This document shows, piece by piece, positions 1 through 11,620 of a stretch of DNA of 64,000 nucleotides; the stretch's first letter is position 1, and every line of letters begins with the position of its first letter. The position numbers and the translations under genes are program-made. The notes under the pieces were generated by a model that saw only the letters and a program-made list of their open reading frames with translations, ran no database searches and had not been told where the DNA came from. This DNA comes from Flectonema sp. DT1601 (Eukaryota), in contig OZ025790.1 in assembly GCA_964019425.1 (NCBI GenBank), positions 372,001-436,000 on the forward strand. The letters run 5' to 3'.

Positions 1-971
1 ATAGGCTGGGCTGCAGTTTAGATGTCTTAGGTGTTAATAAGGGGTTCCTCTTAGCATTTTTCTTTGTTCCCACCTTATGATTTTCTTGAAGAAAAAAAAT
101 AGAAGTCATAATGGTGCTTCCCTCTGGAAGGGTTGTAAGCCATGGTGTCCAACTAAATTAAAGGACAAGTCTGGGATAATCCCTGCCAGAGGGGCGAGTA
201 TTCTACCATGGTTGAAATACTCTGGCAACTGATCTTCAATTTTATGTTGTTTGTTAGCTGCTGGTGTATCTTGATTATGTGTTGATACTTGCATTTTTTT
301 ATTTGTAATCTTCTATTACAATTCTCTTTCTGTTCTGGTCTGTTACTTCATTTGTCTTGTTTAACTTCAGTTATATCCATTTTACTTTTTATTGTTTCCC
401 ATCTACTTTTTATTTTCTATTAGTTCTGGTCAGAAACTCCTGGGCAGCAAGAAGGAAAGCAGTTTAGTACTTCTGGGTGTTTGGCATCACCCCCCATAGT
501 GAGCAAGTACAACAGGTAGCATTGGTAGTCTGTTGATCCTGAGTGATCCCAGCTACAGTTTTGTTTTTCTTTCTTTTTTTTAGAAGAAGATCAGGACATC
601 CAAGCACTGCTGGATAGTTGCTGAATGCAGGGCCTGCCTGTGGCATTATAATAACAGGCTAAGTCATTTGTAGTTCATAGTTTACCTTTGATTTTATAAC
701 TTCACACAGGGTACTATGAACGATGAGAGATCCAGTGGGATCACTCAGGGTCTAGTAGAGACCACCAATGTTGTGCGTTGATAGGCAAGGTGATCAACCT
801 TGACATTCTTTCTTTTCTCTCCTGTTGTGACAAACACAAAATACATGCACAGCTTACAGTGTGTTCTTTGTGTATGTTTTCTTCAGGTGTGAGTAGTTTT
901 TTTGTTCTTGCTCTTCAGGGAGGGCCTTAGCCAAAAGCTAACAGTCCAAATCTCACCTGGTAACTTAACTC
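1..971. repeat. Repeat family A (unit ~1.36 kb), partial copy ending at the fixed terminus ...AACTC
   Basis: Near-identical sequence recurs at 11.6-14.5k, 19.8-23.4k and 39-45k, and the same short ORFs recur in the track. Confidence 0.9.
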
Positions 972-2883
972 ATAATGTCACACAGTCATGTGGCAAGCTG
1001 AATAAGAAATTTGGGAGAGGAATAGGGGCAGTGAACTTTTGATTCAGGCCCTTCCCAACGAACAGGACGAAGACTTCTAAAACCTGAGATGAACCAATTG
1101 AGTTGAAACAAACAAATAACAGAGACGCAACACATACCGGAACATCATCGCAAGCAATGCTTCGGACCTCCGTCGACCTTCGTTCTTCCGGCGGCAAAGG
1201 GAAACAAGAAAGAACGGGCAATGAGACAAACCTGTTAGTTGGTGTTGTGTTGTTGTTAAAAACAAAAACATAAACGCCAGGAAGTTCGACAACGAAGACA
1301 TCGACATCGATCGCTACTCTGCAGATGTCCGGCGGGTGTTTGTCTACACTGTGTTTATTGTTTGTTTTTTTCCCAAGGTTCAACCCTGGGAAGAGAAGTA
1401 AAAAATTCCGTCAGTGTTGGCCTTCCTGTTCGAAGGTGCGCACCAATGACGATAAATAGAGTGGGGGGGAGAAAACCTTTGATCCAACTGGATCCCTTCA
1501 CGAGCTGACATTGCCATGTGAAGTTAAATATTCTGGCGATGCCAGCTCAGGCGACTTAGCCTGCTTTTTTCTTTAAATAAAAAAAATAAAAAGATACCAA
1601 CAGGTGGGGTGATGGGTTGCGCCACTGCAATCCAGTCACAAAAAGAAACAAAGGTAATCTCCAGGGTTCTCGACCCTTGGCTCTCCCTGCGCAAGCATCG
1701 CATGGAGGGTGACGCTAAGCACCCGGGGGGTACGAAACAAACTTTCCCCCTGCTGTCCTGTTTGAAATAAAAAAAAAAAAAAAAAAAAAAACAAAGGGAT
1801 AGAAGTAAACAGAATACATTACACCTCAACAGGTGACGCTAAACACCCAGGGGATACAAACCAAACTTTCCCCCTGTTGCCCTGTTTGAAATAAATTAAA
1901 AAAAAGAACAAGAAAACAGAATACAATACTCAGCAATCAGACTCGTTCACTCGCTTCGTCAGAGCCGTTCGAGCCGATGCTCATGTAAAGTTACCTGTTT
2001 TCTTTTAACAAATTAAATAAAATAAAATAAAAATAAAGTATACAAACCAAACTTTCCCTGGAATACAATACCTAACAATCAGTGCGTTCACTGGCCTTAG
2101 GGCTGTTCGGACTTATGCTTTGGACTGTTCCCTTGCAGAAAAAAAAGTAAAATAAACCAACTTTGGGACATTAGAAAAGCATAAAATAAAAGTTGCTACA
2201 ACCAAAAGACAACTGCAAAAAATAAGGTTTTTGTAGGGGAGCTACAATGTAGCAATAATGTCACACAGTCATGTGGCAAGCTGAATAAGAAATTTGGGAG
2301 AGGAATAGGGGCAGTGAACTTTTGATTCAGGCCCTTCCCAACGAACAGGACGAAGACTTCTAAAACCTGAGATGAACCAATTGAGTTGAAACAAACAAAT
2401 AACAGAGACGCAACACATACCGGAACATCATCGCAAGCAATGCTTCGGACCTCCGTCGACCTTCGTTCTTCCGGCGGCAAAGGGAAACAAGAAAGAACGG
2501 GCAATGAGACAAACCTGTTAGTTGGTGTTGTGTTGTTGTTAAAAACAAAAACATAAACGCCAGGAAGTTCGACAACGAAGACATCGACATTGATCGCTGC
2601 TCTGCAGATGTCCGGCGGGTGTTTGTCTACACTGTGTTTATTGTTTGTTTTTTTCCCAAGGTTCAACCCTGGGAAGAGAAGTAAAAAATTCCGTCAGTGT
2701 TGGCCTTCCTGTTCGAAGGTGCGCACCAATGACGATAAATAGAGTGGGGGGGAGAAAACCTTTGATCCAACTGGATCCCTTCACGAGCTGACATTGCCAT
2801 GTGAAGTTAAATATTCTGGCGATGCCAGCTCAGGCGACTTAGCCTGTTTTTTTCTTTAAATAAAAAAAATAAAAAGATACCAC
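972..2883. repeat. Repeat family C, ~1.5 tandem copies of a 1283-bp unit
   Basis: Identical ORFs at 1077 and 2360 (offset 1283); the family recurs at 9905-11620 and 16385-19286. Confidence 0.9.
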
Positions 2884-3395
2884 ATCGACTATGTCGATTA
2901 CTTTCTATTTTCCGTCCTGGTCAGGACGCTAAACTGATTGTTTTTTCTTTAAAAAATAAATAAAAAGAATAAAAAAGAAAAAAAAAAAAAAAAAAGAATA
3001 AACAATGTTATCATTGTTTTGTTATCGATCGACTTTGTCGACTAATTTCTATTTTCCGTCCTGGTCAAGACGCTAAACTGATTGTTTTTTCTTTAAAAAA
3101 TAAATAAAAAGAATAAAAAAAAAAAAAACAAAAAAAAAAGAATAAACAATGTTATCATTGTTTTTTTATCGATCGACTATGTCGATCACTTTCTATTTTT
3201 CGTCCTGGTCAGGACGCTAAACTGATTGTTTTTTCTTTAAAAATAAATAAAAAGAATAAAAAAAAAAAGAAAAAAGGAATAAACAATGTTATCATTGTTT
3301 TTATTTTATCGATCGACTATGTCGATTACTTTCTATTTTCCGTCCTGGTCAAGACGCTAAACTGATTGTTTTTTCTTTAAAAAATAATAAGAAGG

Positions 3396-3427
<32 letters not shown>

Positions 3428-3713
3428 AATAAACAATGTTATCATTGTTTTTTTATCGATCGACTATGTCGATCACTTTCTATTTTTCGTCCTGGTCAAG
3501 ACGCTAAACTGATTGTTTTTTCTTTAAAAATAATAAAAAGGATTTAAAAAAAAAATAAAAAAAAAAAAAAAAAGATTAAACAATGTTATCATTGTTTTTT
3601 TTTATCGATCGACTATGTCGATCACTTTCTATTTTCCGTCCTGGTCAAGACGCTAAACTGATTGTTTTTTTTTCAAAATTAATAAAAAAGAATATAAAAA
3701 AAAAATAAAAAAA
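2884..3713. repeat. ~120-bp satellite array, A-rich orientation
   Basis: Repeated AACAATGTTATCATTGTT, ATCGATCGAC and CGTCCTGGTCA(A/G)GACG blocks separated by poly-A tracts. Confidence 0.95.
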
Positions 3714-4147
3714 GAATTTCGATAAAGTGGGAAGTAACGGACTGGGAGCTTTTGGCTCCTGCCCTATTCCCGATGTAAACTTTCTTTTTATTTTTTATTT
3801 TTTTTAACAGGCCCAAAGGGCGACAATGATGGTTGCTGACCAAGGAATAATATTCAAATGAATTTTCGTTTCAAAGAAACGAACAGAATTAAGAGAGAGG
3901 CAGAGAAAAAAAAGAAAAAAAAGAAAGAAAAGAAAAAAGAAAAAAAAATATGAAGAGGAAATAATCAAACATGAAAAAAAAAAAAAAAAATATATAAATA
4001 AAAAAACGTTGTATGAAAAAGGAAAAAAAAAATAAAGACCAGAAAAGGAAAGAGAAAATGAAAAGGTATAATATTATTGTGGGGATATGAGGGATAGCAG
4101 GGAGATGCTCTTTTTTTTTTTTTTTTTTATTTTTTTTTTTTTATTTA
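3714..4147. repeat. Family B terminal cap module (~430 bp) adjoining satellite arrays
   Basis: Begins GAATTTCGATAAAGTGGGAAG. Copies at ~9480-9904, ~15960-16384, ~31930-35378 (split by a transposon), ~35843-36270 and ~38749-39047. Confidence 0.85.
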
Positions 4148-5122
4148 TTATTTAAAAAAAAAGGAAACAATCAGTTTAGTGTCTCGATCAGGACGGAAAA
4201 TAGAAATTAATCGACATAGTCGATCGATAGAAAAAAAAACAATGATAACATTGTTTATTCTTTTTTTTTTTTTTTTTTTTTTTTTAAATCCTTTTAATTA
4301 TTTTAAAGAAAAAACTTCCGTTTAGCGTCTTGACCAGGACAGAAAATAGAAAGTAATCGACATAGTCGATCGATAAAAAAAAAACAATGATAACATTGTT
4401 TATTCCTTTTTTTTTTTTTTTTTTTTTTTTAACTTTTTATTTATTTCTTAAAGAAAAAACAATCAGTTTAGCGTCCTGACCAGGACGGAAAATAGAAAGT
4501 AATCGACATAGTCGATCGATAAAAAAAACAATGATAACATTGTTTATTCCTTTTTTTTTTTTTTTTTTTATTTATCTTTTTATTTATTTTTTAAAGAAAA
4601 AACAATCAGTTTAGCGTCCTGACCAGGACGGAAAATAGAAATTAGTCGACAAAGTCGATCGATAAGAAACAATGATAACATTGTTTATTCATTTTTTTTT
4701 TTTTTTTTTTTTTATATTCTTTTTATTAATTTTTAAAAAAAAAAAAAAAATCAGTTTAGCGTCTTGACCAGGACGGAAAGTAGACAGTAATCGACAAAGT
4801 CGATCGATAAAAAAAACAATGATAACATTGTTTATTTCTTTTTTTTTTTTTTTTTTTTTTATATCTTTTATTTATTTTTTAAAGGAATAAACAATCAGTT
4901 TAGCGTCTTGACCAGGACGGAAAATAGAAATTAGTCGACAAAGTCGATCGATAAGAACCAATGATAACATTGTTTATTCATTTTTTTTTTTTTTTTTTTT
5001 TATTCTTTTTATTTATTTTTTAAAGAAAAAAATAATCAGTTTAGCGTCTTGACCAGGACGGAAAATAGAAATTAGTCGACAAAGTCGATCGATAAAAAAA
5101 AACAATGATAACATTGTTTATT

Positions 5123-5156
<34 letters not shown>

Positions 5157-5523
5157 TCTTTTATTTATTTTTAAAGAAAAAACAATCAGTTTAGCGTCTT
5201 GACCAGGACGGAAAATAGAAATTAGTCGACAAAGTCGATCGATAAGAAACAATGATAACATTGTTTATTCTTTTTTTTTTTTTTTTTTTTTTTATTCTTT
5301 TTATTTATTTTTTAAAGAAAAGAAAACGGAAAATAGAAATTAGTCGACAGAGTCGATCGATAAAAAAACAATGATAACATTGTTTATTCTTTTTTTTTTT
5401 TTTTTTTTTTTATTCTTTTTATTTATTTTTAGAAAAACAATCAGTTTAGCGTCTTGACCAGGACGGAAAATAGAAATTAGTCGACAAAGCCGATCGATAA
5501 AAACAATGATAACATTGTTTATT

Positions 5524-5558
<35 letters not shown>

Positions 5559-6860
5559 TTTTTTTTTAATTTATTTTTAAAGAAGAAACAATCAATTTAG
5601 CGTCTTGACCAGGACGGAAAATAGAAAGTAATCGACATAGTCGATCGATAAAAAAACAATGATAACATTGTTTATTCTTTTTTTTTTTTTTTTTTTTATT
5701 CTTTTTTATTTATTTTTAAAGAAAAAAAAATAGAAATTAGTCGACAAGGTCGAACGATAAAAAAAAACAATGATAACATTGTTTAATCTTTTTTTTTTTA
5801 TTTTTTTTTTATTTTTTTTTTATTTTTTTTATTATATTCTTTTTTATTAATTTTGAAAAAAACAATCAGTTTAGCGTCTTGACCAGGACGGAAAATAGAA
5901 AGTAATCGACATAGTCGATCGATAAAAAAACAATGATAACATTGTTTATTCTTTTTTTTTTTTTTTTTTAAATTCTTTTTTATTTATTTTTAAAGAAAAA
6001 AACGGAAAATAGAAATTAGTCGACAAGGTCGAACGATAAAAAAAACAATGATAACATTGTTTAATCTTTTTTTTTTATTTTTTTTTTATATTCTTTTTTA
6101 TTAATTTTGAAAAAAACAATCAGTTTAGCGTCTTGACCAGGACGGAAAATAGAAAGTAATCGACATAGTCGATCGATAAAAAAACAATGATAACATTGTT
6201 TATTCTTTTTTTTTTTTTTTTAAATTCTTTTTATTTATTTTTTAAAGAAAAAAAAAAAAATAGAAATTAGTCGACAGAGTCGATCGATAAAAAAAACAAT
6301 GATAACATTGTTTATTCTTTTTTTTTTTTTTTATTTTTTTTTTTTTATATTCTTTTTTAATTTTGAAAAAAAAAACAATCAGTTTAGCGTCTTGACCAGG
6401 ACGGAAAATAGAAAGTGATCGACATAGTCGATCGATAAAAAAAAAAAAAAAAAAAAATGATAACATTGTTTATTCTTTTTTTGTTTTTTAAATTCTTTTT
6501 ATTTATTTTTAAAGAAAAAAAACGGAAAATAGAAATTAGTCGACAAAGTCGAACGATAGAAAAAATAATGATAACATTGTTTATTCTTTTTTTTTTTTTA
6601 TTTTTTTTTTTATATTCTTTTTTATTAATTTTGAAAAAAACAATCAGTTTAGCGTCTTGACCAGGACGGAAAATAGAAAGTAATCGACATAGTCGATCGA
6701 TAAAAAAACAATGATAACATTGTTTAATCTTTTTTTTTTTTTTTTTTTAAATTCTTTTTATTTATTTTTTAAAGAAAAAAAACGGAAAATAGAAATTAGT
6801 CGACAGAGTCGATCGATAAAAAAAAACAATGATAACATTGTTTGATCTTTTATAATTTTT
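4148..6860. repeat. ~100/120-bp satellite array, T-rich orientation
   Basis: More than 20 monomers, reverse complement of the 2884-3713 array. Confidence 0.95.
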
Positions 6861-7083
6861 TTTTTTTTATTTGTTTTATTTGTTTTTAAAAAAAAAAAAA
6901 AAAAAACAAGCGGAATTGATCATAATGGGTGGTAGGGGTTGTTATAACTTCGTTTGAAAATTCTTCTTTTTTGATTTCTTTTTTTTTTTTTTTCTTTTTA
7001 TAGGAGTTAAGATCACTTTCAGGAGACAACACATGAACAAGAGCAGCAAGCAGAGTTGACACTATCAATTCAGATTTGAAATA

Positions 7084-7385
7084 CTGCAACTGGAAATATT
7101 ACTGCGCGGAAAAAACCGCACTAATTTCCAAATCTGCAAAAAACCGCACTAATTTTTCCACGCAGTAATATTTCCACCGCACTAATATTTCTGCTCAGAA
7201 GTGATTTTTTCTCCAGCTGCATTTTTCTGCTGGTGCCTTACACAGCAAAAAAGCAACCAAATTTTTTTCTACCACCAAGTGGAAAAAACCGCACTAATCT
7301 TTTCTCAAAAAAACCGCACTAATTTTTCCGCGCAGTAATATTTCCCCGCAATAATTATTCAGCGCAGTAATATTTCCAGTTGCAG
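7084..7385. mobile_element. ~300-bp MITE with 24-bp TIRs and TA target duplication (Tc1/mariner-type)
   Basis: TA|CTGCAACTGGAAATATTACTGCGC ... GCGCAGTAATATTTCCAGTTGCAG|TA; second copy at 23995-24295. Confidence 0.85.
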
Positions 7386-7826
7386 TACCGGGAATTAATT
7401 TACAAGGAGGTATCTCAAGTGACTTGCTATCTCTAGCGTGTCGGTATCTCTGGAGTGCTGGTATCTCGTATGTGCGTTGGTATCTCATGAGTGATGGTAT
7501 CTCTTGTGCATTAGAAAAACGAAAAAGAATGTCATGACCATGACGGAAGAATTGAGGAATTGAGTTAACATGTTCAATTTAACTTATTTAAACTTTTTTT
7601 TTTTTTTAACAGACCGTAACTATTTGAAAATAAAATGTAGATGGGAAACAGTGAAAAGTAAAATGGATGATAAAATTAATTGAGAAATATGACATAACAG
7701 ACCAGATAGAGAGTATTAAAAGGAAAATGAAAAGGAAAAGAGAAACTAGGTTAACACTTATTTAAATTAAGACCGGTTAGTCAGTTTAAGGTCCTGACTA
7801 GGACCAACAAAAAAGAAAGAAAAAAA

Positions 7827-8250
7827 TTAACGATCAAGCTGAGCTGATCTTGTTTTTATTACAAATAGGGGAGCGGGAGGGATGGAAGGAATAGAGGAAA
7901 AAAAAAGAAAAGGTTGATCAATTGGATCTGATCGTCGAGAAGAAGAAATTATTTTAAAGGTTGATCGGTATAGCCGATCGTTGAGAAAAATAAACAGATA
8001 TAAATACAATCAGTTTAAATTAAAAAAGAAAAAAAGATTAACGATCAAGCTGAGCTGATCTTGTTTTTATTTAAAATTAGGGGAGCGGGAGGGATGGAAG
8101 GAATAAAGGAAAAAAAAAAAAAAAAAAAAGGTCGATCAATTTGATCTGATCGTCGAGAAGAAGAAAACAATTATTTTAAAAAAATGATCGGTATAGCCGA
8201 TCGTTGAGAAAAGAACAGATATAAATACAATCGGTTTTGGTGATCGACGA
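7827..8250. repeat. Tandem duplication, two ~211-bp copies
   Basis: TTAACGATCAAGCTGAGCTGATC starts at 7827 and again at 8038 with matching downstream sequence. Confidence 0.8.
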
Positions 8251-8547
8251 GTGGAGCGATCACTTGACAAGAAGGAAAAAGAAAGGACCGATTAATTGGG
8301 GCTTTGGTTGTATTCCCAAGGCATATTTTTTTTTTTTTTTTTTTATTATTCATTTACATTATTTATTTTTTTTTTTTTTTTAAATTAATAATCACATTTT
8401 GTTCAAAAATATTTCATATTAGAGTAAAAGAAAAAGAAAAAAAGAAATAAGAGAAAAAAAAAAAAAAAAAACCATTGCTGGCCCCCTCACCACTCATAGA
8501 GGATGAGGAGGCCAGTAAGGCGTCACTCAAATCATACATAAACAATA

Positions 8548-9189
8548 ATAAACAATGTTATCATTGTTTTTTTTTTTATTGTTCGACTTTGTTGACTAAT
8601 TTCTATTTTCCGTTTTTTTTCTTTTTAAAAAATAAATAAAAAGAATTTAAAAAAAAAAAAAAAAAAAAGAATAAACAATGTTATCATTGTTTTTTTTTCA
8701 TCGATCGACTATGTCGATTACTTTCTATTTTCCGTCCTGGTCAAGACGCTAAACTGATTGTTTTTTTTTCAAAATTAATAAAAAAGAATATAAAAAAAAA
8801 CAAAAACAAAAAGAATAAACAATGTTATCATTGTTTTTTTTTTATCGTTCGACTTTGTCGACTAATTTTTATTTTCCGTTTTTTTTTCTTTAAAAATAAA
8901 TAAAAAGAATTTAAAAAAAAAAAAAAAAAAAAAGAATAAACAATGTTATCATTGTTTTTTTATCGATCGACTATGTCGATCACTTTCTATTTTCCGTCCT
9001 GGTCAAGACGCTAAACTGATTGTTTTTTCTTTAAAATAATAAAAAGGATTAAAAAAAAAAAAAAAAAAAAAAAAAAGAATAAACAATGTTATCATTGTTT
9101 TTTATCGATCGACTATGTCGATCACTTTCTATTTTCCGTCCTGGTCAAGACGCTAAACTGATTGTTTTTTCTTTAAAAAATAATTAAAA

Positions 9190-9224
<35 letters not shown>

Positions 9225-9904
9225 TTAATCAATGTTATCATTGTTTTTTTATCGATCGACTAAGTCGATCACTTTCAATTTTCCGTCCTGGTCAGGACGC
9301 TAAACTGATTGTTTTTTCTTTAAAAATAAATGAAAAGAACAAAAAAAAAAAAAAAAAAAAAAGGAATAAACAATGTTATCATTGTTTTTTTTCTATCGAT
9401 CGACTATGTCGATTAATTTCTATTTTCCGTCCTGATCGAGACGCTAAACTGATTGTTTCCTTTTTTTAAATAATAAATAAAAAAAAAAAAAAAAAAAAAA
9501 AAAGAGCATCTCCCTGCTATCCTCATATCCCCACAATAATATTATACCTTTTCATTTTCTCTTTCCTTTTCTGGTCTTTTTTTTTCTTTTTTTCCTTTTT
9601 CATACAACGTTTTTTATTTATATTTTTTTTTTTTTTTTTTTTTTTCATGTTTGATTATTTCCTCTTCATATTTTTTTTTTTCTATTCTTTCTTTTTTTTT
9701 TTTTTTTTTTTCTCTGCCTCTCTCTCAATTCTGTTCGTTTCTTTGAAACGAAAATTCATTTGAATATTATTCCTTGGTCAGCAACCATCATTGTCGCCCT
9801 TTGGGCCTGTTAAAAAAAAAAATAAAAATAAAAAGAAAGTTTACATCGGGAATAGGGCAGGAGCCAAAAGCTCCCAGTCCGTTACTTCCCACTTATCGAA
9901 ATTC
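8548..9904. repeat. Satellite array plus family B cap
   Basis: Satellite monomers to ~9480, then the cap ending CGAAATTC at 9904. Confidence 0.9.
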
Positions 9905-11620
9905 ACAGGTGGGGTGATGGGTTGCGCCACTGCAATCCAGTCACAAAAAGAAACAAAGGTAATCTCCAGGGTTCTCGACCCTTGGCTCTCCCTGCGCAAG
10001 CATCGCATGGAGGGTGACGCTAAGCACCCGGGGGGTACGAAACAAACTTTCCCCCTGCTGTCCTGTTTGAAATAAAAAAAAAAAAAAAAAAAAAACAAAG
10101 GGATAGAAGTAAACAGAATACATTACACCTCAACAGGTGACGCTAAACACCCAGGGGATACAAACCAAACTTTCCCCCTGTTGCCCTGTTTGAAATAAAT
10201 TAAAAAAAAGAACAAGAAAACAGAATACAATACTCAGCAATCAGACTCGTTCACTCGCTTCGTCAGAGCCGTTCGAGCCGATGCTCATGTAAAGTTACCT
10301 GTTTTCTTTTAACAAATTAAATAAAATAAAATAAAAATAAAGTATACAAACCAAACTTTCCCTGGAATACAATACCTAACAATCAGTGCGTTCACTGGCC
10401 TTAGGGCTGTTCGGACTTATGCTTTGGACTGTTCCCTTGCAGAAAAAAAAGTAAAATAAACCAACTTTGGGACATTAGAAAAGCATAAAATAAAAGTTGC
10501 TACAACCAAAAGACAACTGCAAAAAATAAGGTTTTTGTAGGGGAGCTACAATGTAGCAATAATGTCACACAGTCATGTGGCAAGCTGAATAAGAAATTTG
10601 GGAGAGGAATAGGGGCAGTGAACTTTTGATTCAGGCCCTTCCCAACGAACAGGACGAAGACTTCTAAAACCTGAGATGAACCAATTGAGTTGAAACAAAC
10701 AAATAACAGAGACGCAACACATACCGGAACATCATCGCAAGCAATGCTTCGGACCTCCGTCGACCTTCGTTCTTCCGGCGGCAAAGGGAAACAAGAAAGA
10801 ACGGGCAATGAGACAAACCTGTTAGTTGGTGTTGTGTTGTTGTTAAAAACAAAAACATAAACGCCAGGAAGTTCGACAACGAAGACATCGACATCGATCG
10901 CTACTCTGCAGATGTCCGGCGGGTGTTTGTCTACACTGTGTTTATTGTTTGTTTTTTTCCCAAGGTTCAACCCTGGGAAGAGAAGTAAAAAATTCCGTCA
11001 GTGTTGGCCTTCCTGTTCGAAGGTGCGCACCAATGACGATAAATAGAGTGGGGGGGAGAAAACCTTTGATCCAACTGGATCCCTTCACGAGCTGACATTG
11101 CCATGTGAAGTTAAATATTCTGGCGATGCCAGCTCAGGCGACTTAGCCTGCTTTTTTCTTTAAATAAAAAAAATAAAAAGATACCAACAGGTGGGGTGAT
11201 GGGTTGCGCCACTGCAATCCAGTCACAAAAAGAAACAAAGGTAATCTCCAGGGTTCTCGACCCTTGGCTCTCCCTGCGCAAGCATCGCATGGAGGGTGAC
11301 GCTAAGCACCCGGGGGGTACGAAACAAACTTTCCCCCTGCTGTCCTGTTTGAAATAAAAAAAAAAAAAAAAAAAAAAACAAAGGGATAGAAGTAAACAGA
11401 ATACATTACACCTCAACAGGTGACGCTAAACACCCAGGGGATACAAACCAAACTTTCCCCCTGTTGCCCTGTTTGAAATAAATTAAAAAAAAGAACAAGA
11501 AAACAGAATACAATACTCAGCAATCAGACTCGTTCACTCGCTTCGTCAGAGCCGTTCGAGCCGATGCTCATGTAAAGTTACCTGTTTTCTTTTAACAAAT
11601 TAAATAAAATAAAATAAAAA
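9905..11620. repeat. Repeat family C, ~1.3 copies
   Basis: Matches 972-2883. Confidence 0.9.

Noticed and set aside
1935..1985. Possible hammerhead ribozyme on the minus strand (CTGACGA)
   Set aside because: Followed by GAAC instead of GAAA, and no convincing stems.
2884..6860. Palindromic repeats resembling a CRISPR array
   Set aside because: The intervening sequence is also repeated, so there are no unique spacers; no cas genes; eukaryotic context.
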